Shown: piece after piece, positions 36,145 through 49,052 of the stretch
Numbering within the stretch: the stretch's first letter is position 1
Layout of the letters: every line of letters starts with the position of its first letter
Source of the DNA: Macrostomum hystrix
Lineage: Eukaryota; Animalia; Platyhelminthes
Direction: 5' to 3'
Assembly: GCA_950097015.1 (NCBI GenBank)
Contig: CATNEN010000007.1
Coordinates: forward strand, 2,666,001 to 2,730,000
Length of the DNA stretch: 64,000 nucleotides
Position numbers and translations under genes: made by a program
Notes under the pieces: model-generated
The model's database searches: none
The model's input: the letters and a program-made list of their open reading frames with translations, nothing else
Told to the model about the DNA's origin: nothing

Positions 36145-38408
36145 GTGAGTTCAGCAGACAGAGGAGAGAATCGATTTGATTTTTGCTGACCCTATGCAAG
36201 ATTTGGTCGCCGAGAACGACCTCCAAGCCACATTTTTGTTTACAGTAGTCTATGGCAAAAGGCTTGAAGGCAGACATAAGCCCTGGTGCGTTGACAGTGA
36301 ACACGCATGAGCAGTAAACTAATTTAACTCGTCTGTCGTCAAATATGGAATTCAGTTGCTAATCATGGAGACAAACCAAGCCATGAAAAGTAGTAGGGGT
36401 AGCTATAGGTGGGAGACAATGACTGCCTTCTGAAGATCAATTCTCGAACAAAAAACACCGAGGACCATGCAGCCCCTAAACTTTACTGTTTTATGACCGT
36501 GAAGTTCTGTCTGTGACCAAATTTGGGCCTTCCCAGTTGGGGCGCATCCTCCCGCATGCAATCGGAGTCAATCAAATTAGCTATAAAGCCAGGTAAATGG
36601 CTTGCTAGTTGCACCGGGAATTGCAGTTCAAGCGTGGTGACACGTTTGACATCTCTAACTTCATTCGAACGGAAGTAATCAGCGCACTGTAATTGGGATT
36701 TTTATGAATTTCGAGGTGATAGCTTTAACTTTTTAAAATACACCTGGCAACAAGGCTTTGGATTTTGTCTCCGTGTGAACCGCATTCACATAAATTGCAG
36801 ATGGAAATAATACAACTTCATCCTTTACGGCCTATGATCGTTTTTTTGGGCCCTGTATATTTTATGGAAGAACTTAAATAAAGACTAGTACTTTCAAGAT
36901 CTTTAAATGCTCAGCATTCACAGAAGATTATGATGCAGTAAATTGTAGACGCAGGTTTCCTGATGTTTGAGTTCTTGCTCACAAGACACACTGGAATTCT
37001 GGGGAACCAATACATTTTACAAAAATTAAGAAGGCAAATTTGTCTTTGCCGTGGCCCGTGGGCAGACAATGTCCCATCCTCGGAAACCCGCAGCTCGCCG
37101 TGGCCCCATAGAATACATCTAATTATGCGCTAAAGCCTCAAGTCGCCTAGTGATCCTGGGGATTATTCGCAAATTATTCAGAGCTGGCTCTCGCTTCACG
37201 TTTCTCTGTGCGCTATTCCAGTCCATGACCAAGGGCCTAAAAAAGCTTATCTTGACAGCCTCTCTTTCTCTCTTATTCTCCTGGCTTCCCAAGGCGCATT
37301 GCGTTGTGTGCCACGCATGACAACCCAGGCAGGGGGAGCCCGGAGTGATTGAAGACTGCTGCGCACACAGCCAGTCAGTACATGCGATAGAGAGAGAGGG
37401 ACAGACGGTGAGGTCAGTGAGGACGTCTCGATCAGCAGAGGCTTATTTCGAATGCAAAAGCTATAAGCAATGCACTTGATTCCCTCCTCAACCTGTACAA
37501 TGGCATGCGCTGGTGGCCGGTGCTTGCACGTGACTATAGCTTTTCCTCTGAAAGTGTCACATGCTCATGGCTTATAGTGTAGGTGCAATATCAATAACTG
37601 GCTGCCAAGAACCAGTAGTAAGAGCCACTTGAGATTGAATTAAACAAGCTCAGTTTCACTTATTAGCTAGGCCACGCAGTCTGCAGAACAAAGCATCAGT
37701 CTCAAATAATCTTTAGCTGTCCCGCTCTGGCAACAGCAACCAAGAGCAAAAATTCTCTGTTGTATGTGGCGTCATAAAACCCAACCCCATTCCAATGGCC
37801 TCCGAGAGGCAGCTGAAGTTGTATCTGCCAAAATGCGTCTCAAATATTGTGAAGGGTGTTTGTCAGCGGCAGGGCAGACCTGGATAGATAGGGGCAGATG
37901 TTGCAGTGACTGGTCACTCTCTTGTGCAGGAGAGTTGGGGCCATAAAACTTGGCTCCGGAAAACGACTGCTAGCTGAGCGTGCGAGCAGTTCAGCAGTTC
38001 TCTGAGCATTTCTCTGCTCAGGGTTCTCACGCAGTCTCCCAACGCCTCGGCGGGCAGCGCTGTACTGCACCAGCGCATGCGAGAAAACGCCAGGCTGCTA
38101 GAGAGCGATAAAAACTCAGGAAAGTGGGTCTGAAACGCCCATTGGAATTGCTAGCATCGTTTTATGCGCGAATTAGTGGAATAGCTCTCAGTTAGGTACT
38201 GTGCGAGCCTCTGTAGAGGTGACTTACTGCTCACTGCTCACTTACGCACACAGGCTTGCAGGTAACCAAACGCTACGGGAAGGTCAGTCGCGAATTAATG
38301 CTAGCAATTGTCAAAGCCAACTGAGGCGATGGTTGCAGAAATTGTTGCTTACTGTGACTATCACACTCCAGAGACCAGTTCAGGTTTTTTATCAACACGT
38401 AAATAATT

Positions 38409-39032
38409 TTGGAGAGCGACACGACGCGATTTTTTAAACGCTGTCGAAATCTCTGTAAAAATATGAATGACAGCCTTACTAAACAGTCCATATCCACCCC
38501 AACGTCCTCTGCAGAGCTGTCCGACTTTGAAACTTCGCCAATGCCTGTCGCAGCTGACGCACCGGCATCCGTGACTCACTTTCATTGGTCGCCAGCTCCG
38601 GTCAGAGCGACAGTCAATGAGGCATCTCCGCCATCTCCTCCACCAGTATCAGTGCTGCACCAGCAGCCCCTGCAGCGCAAGCAGCAGCAGCATCAAGGCC
38701 AACAATTTCTGCAGCAACAGCAGCATCATCAGCAAAGACCGCTCCATCAGCGACATCAGCAGCAGCTCTCAATTCCAGCCACTGAGACAGTGACCACTTG
38801 CAGCTCCTCTGGCGGCAGCGTTCTCTCACTTAGCGCCGCTTCCGCTGCGTCCTCGGCCGCCCTGCTGACCTGCCGGTGCCTGAATGCAGACCTGCGACTG
38901 CACAACACCCCGGCATCCAGCGAGTTCTCGCTGCCATCTGTCGACCAGCTGGCAGGACCCTCGCTGCAGCCACCGCCGACGCCGCAGACCCCATTCAGCG
39001 GAGAGAGCGTGATCACGACCAGCAGCTGCTGA
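38409..39032 (+). CDS. Putative Ser/Pro/Gln-rich terminal exon (unknown protein, possibly the tail of the 35766 gene)
   Basis: 207-codon GC-rich open frame with polyQ. No domain recognised, and the splice link to 35766 is not established. Confidence 0.4.
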   Translation: MESDTTRFFKRCRNLCKNMNDSLTKQSISTPTSSAELSDFETSPMPVAADAPASVTHFHWSPAPVRATVNEASPPSPPPVSVLHQQPLQRKQQQHQGQQFLQQQQHHQQRPLHQRHQQQLSIPATETVTTCSSSGGSVLSLSAASAASSAALLTCRCLNADLRLHNTPASSEFSLPSVDQLAGPSLQPPPTPQTPFSGESVITTSSC

Positions 39033-39924
39033 TGAAGTCCTTTTCCGTTAAATATAATTAAGATGTAGAATTGCAATCGTAGTGCTGCCATGCACTTACA
39101 GCTTTTCCCACCGCCTCACTACCCCATCCCTACAAGGAAGAATATAGGATATTCCATTCAGATTACTAAGAGTAGCCGCTTGCAGAAATAACAATGTGAC
39201 CCTTTGTTGTGGAGATTTCGATTTGCTTCATGCTAGCTGTTTCAAATTTGTACTTTAGTAGCATTGTTGCACCCATATTCGAGCACCTGGATATCTAAAA
39301 AAAAAGTTTGCAATCATTTTTAGTGCTGTCTTATATGTCAATCAGTTAATGTACACTGGAGCAGCTGATATGTACAGGCCGTACCAATGTACACCAATGA
39401 TTTATTGCCATGAGTTTGTACAGTTTAGCATAAAATAATGCAAATTATACTAAGATGCCATGAGTAAACTGTCTGTATTCTGCATGCTTTAATAAAAACA
39501 TTCAATTATCATTGCTTTGTTTTGCTTATCCAACGCACTATTGCAACTTTCTCATCAGCACCGAATCGTTCTGTGCTTTGAAATGCGACTTTACTGACTC
39601 CCGGTTTTACAGAAATGAAGCAAATTTTATAAATCTGTGCATTTTTTGGAATTCCTTACTGACGTCATTTTAGCTGCTTGTCAGTTGCTTGACAGAAATT
39701 TGAGCCTACGTAAAAGCCGTTATTCCTTTGATTAATCACAAATTAACTGATGGAGGTTGTAGCCTGTGTGAACAAAAGACCATTATGATATCATGACATC
39801 CAGTACTGCGAAGCAGGACACTGTTTCAAAGAATGGAAAGACGCATTAATGATTGAGGGAGTAAATTACAAGCCTTGGGATTAAAGTACAACTTCAACTT
39901 CTTCCAGGAAACTTATATTATCGA

Positions 39925-41230
39925 AATCGAGCTCGTATAATATAATCAGTCGTCTGCCGGCAGCGCGGTGTACTAAGCGTACATTGCTATATAATAGCTC
40001 GTATAATCAGGCCGTCAGTCAGCCGCCAGCGTGGTGTACAAAGCGTACATTGGTATATAATAGCTCGTATAATCAGGCAGTCAGTCAGCCGCCAGCGCGG
40101 TGTACAAAGCGTACATTGGTATATAATAGCTCGTATAATCAGTCGTCTGCCGGCAGCGCGGTGTACTAAGCGTACATTGGTATATAATAGCTCGTATAAT
40201 CAGGCAGTCAGTCAGCCGCCAGCGTGGTGTACAAAGCGTACATTGCTATATAATAGCTCGTATAATCAGGCAGTCAGTCAGCCGCCAGCGTGGTGTACAA
40301 AGCGTACATTGCTATATAATAGCTCGTATAATCAGGCAGTCAGTCAGCCGCCAGCGTGGTGTACAAAGCGTACATTGCTATATAATAGCTCGTATAATCA
40401 GGCAGTCAGTCAGCCGCCAGCGTGGTGTACAAAGCGTACATTGCTATATAATAGCTCGTATAATCAGGCAGTCAGTCAGCCGCCAGCGCGGTGTACTAAG
40501 CGTACATTGGTATATAATAGCTCGTATAATCAGGCAGTCAGTCAGCCGCCAGCGTGGTGTACTAAGCGTACATTGGTATATAATAGCTCGTATAATCAGG
40601 CAGTCAGTCAGCCGCCAGCGCGGTGTACTAAGCGTACATTGGTATATAATAGCTCGTATAATCAGGCAGTCAGTCAGCCGCCAGCGCGGTGTACTAAGCG
40701 TACATTGGTATATAATAGCTCGTATAATCAGGCAGTCAGTCAGCCGCCAGCGCGGTGTACTAAGCGTACATTGGTATATAATAGCTCGTATAATCAGGCA
40801 GTCAGTCAGCCGCCAGCGTGGTGTACTAAGCGTACATTGGTATATAATAGCTCGTATAATCAGGCAGTCAGTCAGCCGCCAGCGCGGTGTACTAAGCGTA
40901 CATTGGTATATAATAGCTCGTATAATCAGGCAGTCAGTCAGCCGCCAGCGTGGTGTACTAAGCGTACATTGGTATATAATAGCTCGTATAATCAGGCAGT
41001 CAGTCAGCCGCCAGCGTGGTGTACTAAGCGTACATTGGTATATAATAGCTCGTATAATCAGGCAGTCAGTCAGCCGCCAGCGCGGTGTACTAAGCGTACA
41101 TCGGTATATAATAGCTCGTATAATCAGGCAGTCAGTCAGCCGCCAGCGTGGTGTACTAAGCGTACATTGGTATATAATATAATCAGACAGTCAGTCAGCC
41201 GCCAGCGCGGTCTACTCAGCGTACATAGGT
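39925..41230. repeat. 66-bp tandem minisatellite
   Basis: About 19 units of TGGTATATAATAGCTCGTATAATCAGGCAGTCAGTCAGCCGCCAGCG(T/C)GGTGTAC(A/T)AAGCGTACAT. Confidence 0.97.
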
Positions 41231-41512
41231 ATATCACGTAGTGTACTCGTATACATGGGTATATACTACGTGACACCTGTAGTGTCTCTACTTCGTAAAG
41301 GTGTGCATTATTTAGTTACTGAAAATAAGGTACTAGTTTAAATTATTGCACTATATAATGAGAAAATAACTATTATTGACTGCACTTCAACTGGGTAGAA
41401 TGTACAGGTGGCTGTGAGTCATCTGGTGTAGACTCATGTCTATATAGCTTAGTACTGCAGCCGCAATTACTGTGGCAAAAAAGCAACTTCGGAAGAAGGC
41501 ACAAGCGCAGCA

Positions 41513-43959
41513 ATGGAAGCCGTTTACTGCTCGCCATTTAAAATTAAATGCTTAGACGAGAGCTGTGTTCATTTATCCACTTTGATTACTACTAATGCCC
41601 AGGCAGCTTGCGATGAGGTCAGCGGTACAAGTTTCGTGGCAGGTGAAGACACACGAACTTCTATGGAATCCTAACGTACCTTCATTTGTTAAACTGGTTC
41701 AGAAAGTCGTTTAGGTGGTTGGATACATGGACTTGTAAATAATAGTTTTAGTAGTCCCCATAGTCACTACTGAATACTTATTTAGTGTTCAGTAGTCCCT
41801 GTGAGGATAGCCAGTTGTACCTGTCTATGAGGTACCGAGGACAGCTTCATGTAAACCAAGTGACGAACGGTTTTTCCTGTACGGGTCACCCTCTACCTGT
41901 CTAACGGGTGATAAGGGCAGCTACATGTCTTACGGGTGATAAGGGCAGCTACCTGTCTAACGGGTGATAAGGGCAGCCACCTGTCTAACGGGTGATAAGG
42001 GCAGCTACCTGTCTAACGGGTGAAAAGGGCAGCTACAAGTCTAACGGGTGATAAGGGCAGCTACCTGTCTTACGGGTGATAAGGGCAGCTACCTGTCTAA
42101 CGGGTGATAAGGGCAGCTACCTGTCTATCGGAAGACAGCTGCCTCTAAGTTGTAGCTGAAATGAACTTCCCAATGATCTCAAGTCCAAGCAAATCATACA
42201 TATGTTTTACCCACTGATGGCTTTCCTCTTACCGCCTTTTATAGACATAACATCCGGCACAGCAGCGGGCGTCAAGTGTCAGAGTGACGAAACTCTGCCA
42301 GCTAGCGAGGGCCTTCCCGCCGGACGACCCGAAGGCCGTCTGGTGGCATTTTTTAGTGTGCACCCGGACATTGAGAAATACAAAGAGCTTGCATGTGAAA
42401 CCAGCAATGTTAAATTCGCACAAACATGCAGCGTTGAAGGCCTACAGATCGAGCAGGAAAACCTGTTCAAGTCTAGAGATCCAAAGGCCATTCGCGAACT
42501 CTGGCTGTTCCACATTTTCATTATTGACAAGGACAATAAGCCGATGATGAGTGGACGGATCGTAACGGAGAATGATATGTACAAACACATATTTTGACAA
42601 GATTTGCAACGAGTCTGCATTTTTCAGCTTGCGCTTCGCGTGGACGTCAAACCAGCGCCATCTTCGAAACGCATTCCAACCGACCGCAAATCAGACGAGG
42701 AGAACGAAAAGCTGAGGCGCTGTTCCACAGGTAGCGGCATACATGTTTACCTATTTAGAGTGGAAAAACCAGACGATTGGAAAACTGTGATTCCAACCGT
42801 TGCGGATGTAGTCATTCGAGCGTCGTCATTGCAGACAGACTTCACTGACAGCAGAGCTGCACAATGGCTGAGCCAATCCCCCCGCCTAACACTCCTGCAA
42901 CAGACTGGTGGTCCGAATGGGCGAGCCATTGATCCACCTGAGTGTCCAGACCTCGTGTACTTGGCTACTCAGCCGCAGTTGAGCACAATCAACAAAAGCA
43001 GGACGCCACCCTTGTGGCGAATGCATTCAACGAGAAGCCTAGTGCAGCCGAATGAGAGCAGTGACCAACTGCAGCAACTTGACGCGAGCTGCGGCGGCAA
43101 TAGGGCGACCGTTGAGAACATTCCTCTTTTGATGCCTCAGTATCACAAGTGCGTCTCAATTAGTATCGTCATTGACGGCTACAAAAGCTCAGTTTACAAG
43201 CAACTACAGGACAGGGAAGGAAGCGCCATCGACGAAAATATAATCCGCGATTTATCACAGATGTTTTGTTGCAAAACTGGCGACATTCATACGAATTGCA
43301 ATGTACACTACGAAACTAAGACTAGCATTGCTGACTTTATCAAGAAAATCACCCATCATTATGGCAATGAAAGCCACCTGGAGACAGTATTTCTTTTTGT
43401 TTCAGCTCATGGCGATGAGAAGGGCCTTCTAACCTCTACTGGCGAAGCGATGCCACTAAAAGATCTCCTGGAGCCGCTGCAGGAGATCGCCCGTCACGTG
43501 CTAATGTTTTACCAGCCATGCAGAGGCAATCGCCAGCACTGCTCAGATGCACCGGAGGAGCCTCAAATTCCAGCGCTCAGCTTTCCTGGAAACAGAATCG
43601 CCGGTTGCTGCTTGCCAAACGGCGGGAAACAGAATGTCTCGGCCATCTTCGCTAGCATGCCTGGTTTTGCCAGTTATAACTGCCCGAAAACTGGTAGCCT
43701 GCTCCTGGCCGCACTGCATGCTGTTTTAACCAGACCTACGATGTGTGGCCAGAAGATTCTACAGAAAGACCTGGCGTGTCTGGTGCAACAGCATCTTGCA
43801 GCGACGTACCCGAACGGACTGCGTCTGCGTGGAATGCCTGCTGGTGATCAGTCACGTCTGTGCCAGGTGCGAGTGCACTATGATGTGCGACAGGAGCACC
43901 CCATCAAAATAGCTGATATTTCGTTTCCAAAAGTCAGTTCTGAAGCTGGGATTTTGTGA
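41513..43959 (+). CDS. Caspase-like protease 5 (pseudocaspase + caspase) with an in-frame TGA at 42595-42597; possible pseudogene or readthrough gene
   Basis: Tentative exon 41513-41642 (phase 1), then 42245-43959. ORFs 42202-42597 and 42604-43959 are in the same frame. Motifs FVSAHGDEKG, FYQPCRG, SAIFASMPGFASY. Confidence 0.75.
41892..42127. repeat. 28-bp tandem repeat (CTACCTGTCTAACGGGTGATAAGGGCAG) in the predicted intron of caspase-like 5
   Basis: About 8 units. Confidence 0.95.
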
Positions 43960-45029
43960 TTTTCGGATCGTCCCATCCGACGCTGCCGCTCCGCAATGAC
44001 CTCCTACGGCCTTGACGCCCAATGCGCTGCGATCGAGCGGAGTAACCGAGAGCGAATTTTTGATGAAAATCGAATTCAATGCTTCAAATTCGAAGCAGGT
44101 AAAACATCTCACTATTAAAAAGCGTTCATCACTTTTAAGCGAACTGAACTAAAAAGCGGAAATTCGATGAGATTAAAAGCTTTGCCAGAAATTATAATTA
44201 CCTATTTTTGTTACTGGGATCAATGATAGGAATTGTATTGTAGTGACTGTGTTTCTCAGTTCGACTGCTCGCCAAGGCCGTTGTGTTTGAGGCCGGCTTG
44301 TTTGGCTCGGCCTTGGCCTCGCCCTTTCTCTCCCTCCTCCCCCGGCCCTGCTCAGGGTGCCCTGTGCCGCCATCTGATTGGCTGGGAGCGGGGATTGTCT
44401 GTCAACCCTTACCCCAGCCCTGCGTGGCTTTGCCCCTCCCGCCAATCAGCTCTGCGTAGCTTTGCCCGTCCACCCGGCCAGCGCGTACAACCCTACCACT
44501 CTCTGCGCGCTGGTGGCAGGACTCTGTCTGTGCACCGCCTCCCCTGTCTGCCCCCCTTGCTGTCAATATCTGCCCGTGCCGGGGCAACCGCGCTCGCTCC
44601 GGCGAACTTTAAGATTCCACCGGTGAAGACGGTCTCTTACTGCGAAGTCTCAAGTTATTTAATACTCGTACAAATAAACGAAATCGAAGTCTACTGTCAT
44701 CCTGCGTTCCGAAATGCTAGGTTTCCAAAATCCGAAAACAAGTTTTTTTCTAGGGTCACTCAGAAATCATTCTGACATGTTCTTGACTAAAAATAAAGAC
44801 AAAATTTATAAGCAGCGCTAACTAAACTAAACTGCCTGCGCTCACACAGGTGCATAGGCAGACGACCAGGTCAGGTTGCTGTCTGACTGCAATTGGCGGG
44901 GTGGCTAGTGTCTACTCACCTGGCCTTTTAGATGCGGCCATCTTACTGAAAACTGTAGGAAATAGGAATCAAAGTAACCATGAAACAGAATAACGCAAAC
45001 AAACAACATTTTGTCTCAATACCAAAGCT

Positions 45030-45140
45030 CAGGTGAAGCCCCCAAAGCCTTCTCTCTGCGGCTGCGCCCTAAATGAATGTGGCCTAACCGCGGAATCGAG
45101 CTCAAGGACCTTGTCACGAGAGGCAGATACGTTAACCGTT
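45030..45140 (-). mobile_element. SINE 5' (tRNA-like head) fragment
   Basis: ccaaagccttctctctgcggctgcgccc...gtggcctaaccgcggaatcgagctcaaggaccttgtcacgagaggcagatacgttaacc. Confidence 0.75.
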
Positions 45141-45785
45141 ATGCCAATCAACGTCTTGCCGCAGAAGTTGCTGAATGAATGTAAAGAGTTTAAACGATAA
45201 GCACACTTGCACTCACGCAATTACGATTGGCATTTTCGAAAAATTATTCTCGTTAGCAGAAAAAGCTTTCCAGGTTTCAAAATACAAGGTGTAGATTTTT
45301 TAACCGAAAATAAGTTAACCAAAATTGACTCACTCGTACGAATACTTAACAATGGTCAATTTCTCGTAGAAGAAATCAAGAAGTTGATGAAAAAAATAAC
45401 GCTTGTTAACGGACCAATGCCCAAAACTGGTTGTTATAAATAAAAGTGCAAAGTGTATACTACGTTTCGAAGTGCTTCGAATACTTTATTGAAGCGATCG
45501 GGGCTTACATCAAGTTTCACAAGAAAGTATAGTACTTCAGAGTCACAGAAGCGTCTCGGAAATTGTATCGTTTGTAATTTTCTCGCCGCCACTTGAGATT
45601 GGAGAGCGAGAGCTGTGAGAATGGGAGTCAGATCCTCCTCTAAATTCCGGCACAATAAGAACAGCGAAATTTAATCCCATCAGTCCTTAAATTTACCATA
45701 TAAGGAGTGAAAATCAATGAAGAATTGTCGTTGCCAGTCAGTATTTAATGTGCTGGGGTACAAAAACGATTGGATTCAAAGCGCG

Positions 45786-46579
45786 ATGAGGAAAGCACAA
45801 TGCGCATCACATTCAGCGATGCTTCTTGCACTGTACCTGACTGCTAGCGCGTGTGCTGTGGCAGACGGAGCAGGAATTCACACAGCCATTAGCGGACTGC
45901 AGTGTGTCAGACCCGAGTTTGTCGAGACTCACAGCAATGCGAAATCCAAGATCGAGTGCGCGAGTCTGTGCGATGCCAAGCACGACTGCCAGGCGTTCAG
46001 CATGGCCGACGGTCCGTGCCAGCTGTTCGTGTTCAACAGGTGCAGCAAGTACGTGAGAGACTGCAGCTGTACTCGCTGTACGTGAGAGACTGCAGCTGTA
46101 CTCGCATCAAGCAGGTGTTTGTGAAGCAGCAGCCGGGACTGCCGCCCGGAGCTCTGTGTCCTGCCGGATTCGCTGACGACTTTTGCGGCACGAAGTACAA
46201 GTTCTACACCGGCTTTCAAGACTGGAATATCGCCAAAGCTGCGATTGACGCATTGCCAGGTCTCACAATCATGGCTGATGTTACAGACTCGATGGAGATG
46301 AGCCATTTAACTGGCTACTTCTCGGCAAACAGCCTCGCAAACTTCATTCTCGGCGGCTGGCAGATTACGGGCAGTGCGGAGCCATTTGACGGCTGGCAGT
46401 GGGTCGCCTGCAACTCCAGCGTCAGTCCCGCTCTCTGGGCCACCGGACAGCCGAGCAACGCTGGCGGTGCAGAGAACTACCTGTCCAGTGGGACTGCTTT
46501 TGGCAGTTTGAACGATGGCAAAGTCTTCTCGTTTAATTATGACAGCGTTTTAGCCGAGTGTCCGTCGCCATTTGACTAG
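45786..46579 (+). pseudogene. PAN/apple + C-type lectin gene copy 1, frameshifted by a 29-nt tandem duplication
   Basis: Signal peptide MLLALYLTASACA. GTACGTGAGAGACTGCAGCTGTACTCGC occurs at 46049 and again at 46078, shifting the frame before the CTLD. Otherwise paralogous to copies 2 and 3. Confidence 0.75.
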
Positions 46580-49052
46580 TGTCAAATAATTACAGTTTTT
46601 GATCCGATACGAACCACCGTTGCAGGGGTCTGTAGAACATTGAAGGAACGCAAATCGATGACGGACGGAATTTAACTGTTTTAGCGGTAATAAGGAAGTT
46701 ATAATACAATCATTTCGGACTCTTATTCCAAGGTTTCCCTATTCTATTCTTTCCTTCATGTGCTGGGCACACAATTTATATGCGAAACTTACATGCGATT
46801 ACTTAACCATTTTAGCACAATTTTCACTGAAGGTTGCATAATTTGTGTGCATGAAAAAATCACGTTTTATTAATGAAAATCAATACTGTATATCTGAAAT
46901 GTGATGCACAGCTTCAAGTGACATGTCATGGTCTTGGAATCATCTAGACGCATCTATTGAAACCATTTTCAATGACTTTGGGGCAAAGAACAACATTTTA
47001 TTAGAGTAAACTCGAAAATGCTGCTTCTCTTAAAAGTACTGCATCGTGTACTGACGCTCAATCAATGTTCACAGGCAGGCATGGATGCTGTCCTTTTGAA
47101 GAGGGCTCTAAATTCTATCCAACGACACCAAACTTGATTCGAGAAATTGCACTACTAAAATCTTATGAGTAATCTTATGAGAAATTAGCATAGGCCCCGG
47201 GTGTCAAAATTGCTGCAATGTGCCTTCCATTTCGAAAAATCGAATTTTCCAACACTAATGCAGCTGCTCATCCGATGCAGAATAGTATTGGGTACAATTC
47301 GTCTCTGTACATCAAAAAAATTCGCAAGACCGTTTTTACAATATTTACCTTTATAGGTCCGAAAAATGGCATGCTTTTTTCAATTTCTACGAAAACAACA
47401 CGTTTTCCAACTGCAAATCAAGCTTTAGAATCTTGAATGTGAAGCTGACTTTAAGTTGACATGTCATTCTCTTTCAAACATCCACATGCGTCTATTGACA
47501 CCATTTTTAGCTCAATGCGACACAGTGCACTATCGTAGAGGCAGAAATGGCAAACTTTTTCTCTCATACGTACACCTGTACAGGTACATATCTTAGTACA
47601 GATGGCCAACAACTGAATGTGTGTACATGAGTCTAGTATCAAATGAAAGAGGGTCCTAATTGCAATTCAGCAACGCTTAGCGCAACACCAATGGATGCAT
47701 CAATCAAAAGTTATGACTGATCCCGTTTTGCATATTTAGCTCCCCGGGGGGGGGTCAAAATTCGGGATTTTCGCATCCACCTTCGGGGCAAGTGGATGCT
47801 TAGAAAATGCAAAATATACATTTTGTGCGCACATCTGTTGCGCTTCTAAAAACTGAAGCCGAATTCAAATCGCACACCAAATACGTTCTGGCCATGCAGT
47901 TTTGTACCTCGAAAAATGACTAAAAATGACCAAAATCACGTTTTTGGGATTTAATTACCCACATCTTCGGTAAACAACATCCAATCAGACTGAAACCAAC
48001 ATTTTCGGATAGGCGACACCCAAGAAAGTTGGTTGACATGTGTTGAAATGCAATTCAAGTCACCTGTCTGTGTCATAGAGGCGTCCAAAGTGCACACTGT
48101 ACTAAAAGTACTTTAAAAGTGCACATTTTTTTTCAATCATAAAAGTACACGGTCAAAAAATTTCTTCACCATCAAGTAGGCCCATGTGTTGGGGTTACGA
48201 CCCAGCAAGTCAAAGTTTAAAAACATGCACATTTTTTCAACCTCAAAAACCCGTTTTTTTGACCCTTTGACCCAGAAGATGGGTCAGCAAGAAAAATTCC
48301 ATATCAAATCATTGTAGGCTTCTATAGCCTGCATCGACTGGATAGAGTCCAGACCGCATCCAAATCGGTTCAACTGGGCAAAAGCGGCAATCGTTAAAAT
48401 TTGAAAAACGTGCTTTCCTATCCCGACACGTTGGTTACATCTTATCAAGATGAGATATCGCATCCTTAATGACCAAGAGAAAGACTCGCTTACGCTCGGC
48501 TTCCTCTTGGCCATTCCTGGCTCACTCATCCCAACTAGCTCGTATGTTTTCTTCGAATCAAGCCAAGTAACACCATAGAACTTATTCACCTGACTCTAAG
48601 TAGTCTTACTCGTAAATCAGAGCAGCATATTAGTGCTATTAAATTCTATTGTAGTCAGCTCAAAATCAGAGAAAGCTTGTTCAAAGCGGCTGCAAAGCGG
48701 GAGTGATGTTTGAAGTTAAAAAGTTAAAAAACACATGCATGCATGATGAAAATATGAATACAAAGCCTTGTTGAGCCTGAATATGCTGGAAAAACAGCAT
48801 TTTAAGAGGTAAAAAACTGCAGCTCGCATTTCAGTTCTTTGCTTCCAGATCACAATTGAAAACATGGGTCTTGTGTTTATGCTTACCTGCAGGCACAATG
48901 CCGTGCAAAAAATGCCGAAGGAAAATATATTTAGACTTTTTTGCGACTGTCAAACAAAAGCATAAATGTGCCGTCAAAACTGAAATGCAAAAAGGCCTCG
49001 TAACGGCCTTATCGAGCAAGTAAGGAGTTGAAACGGCATCTGATTTCGGATC

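Noticed and set aside
40177-41241. 354-aa repetitive ORF and possible CRISPR-like array
   Set aside because: It is a 66-bp tandem repeat with no unique spacers, in a eukaryotic context; the ORF is a repeat artifact.
44233-44775. GC-rich ORFs and CCAAT/GC boxes
   Set aside because: No recognisable protein. The CCAAT and GC motifs are not tied to an identifiable gene start.
46620-48600. Possible DNA transposon between lectin copies 1 and 2
   Set aside because: It has MITE-like composition, but I could not define TIRs, a TSD or a transposase motif.
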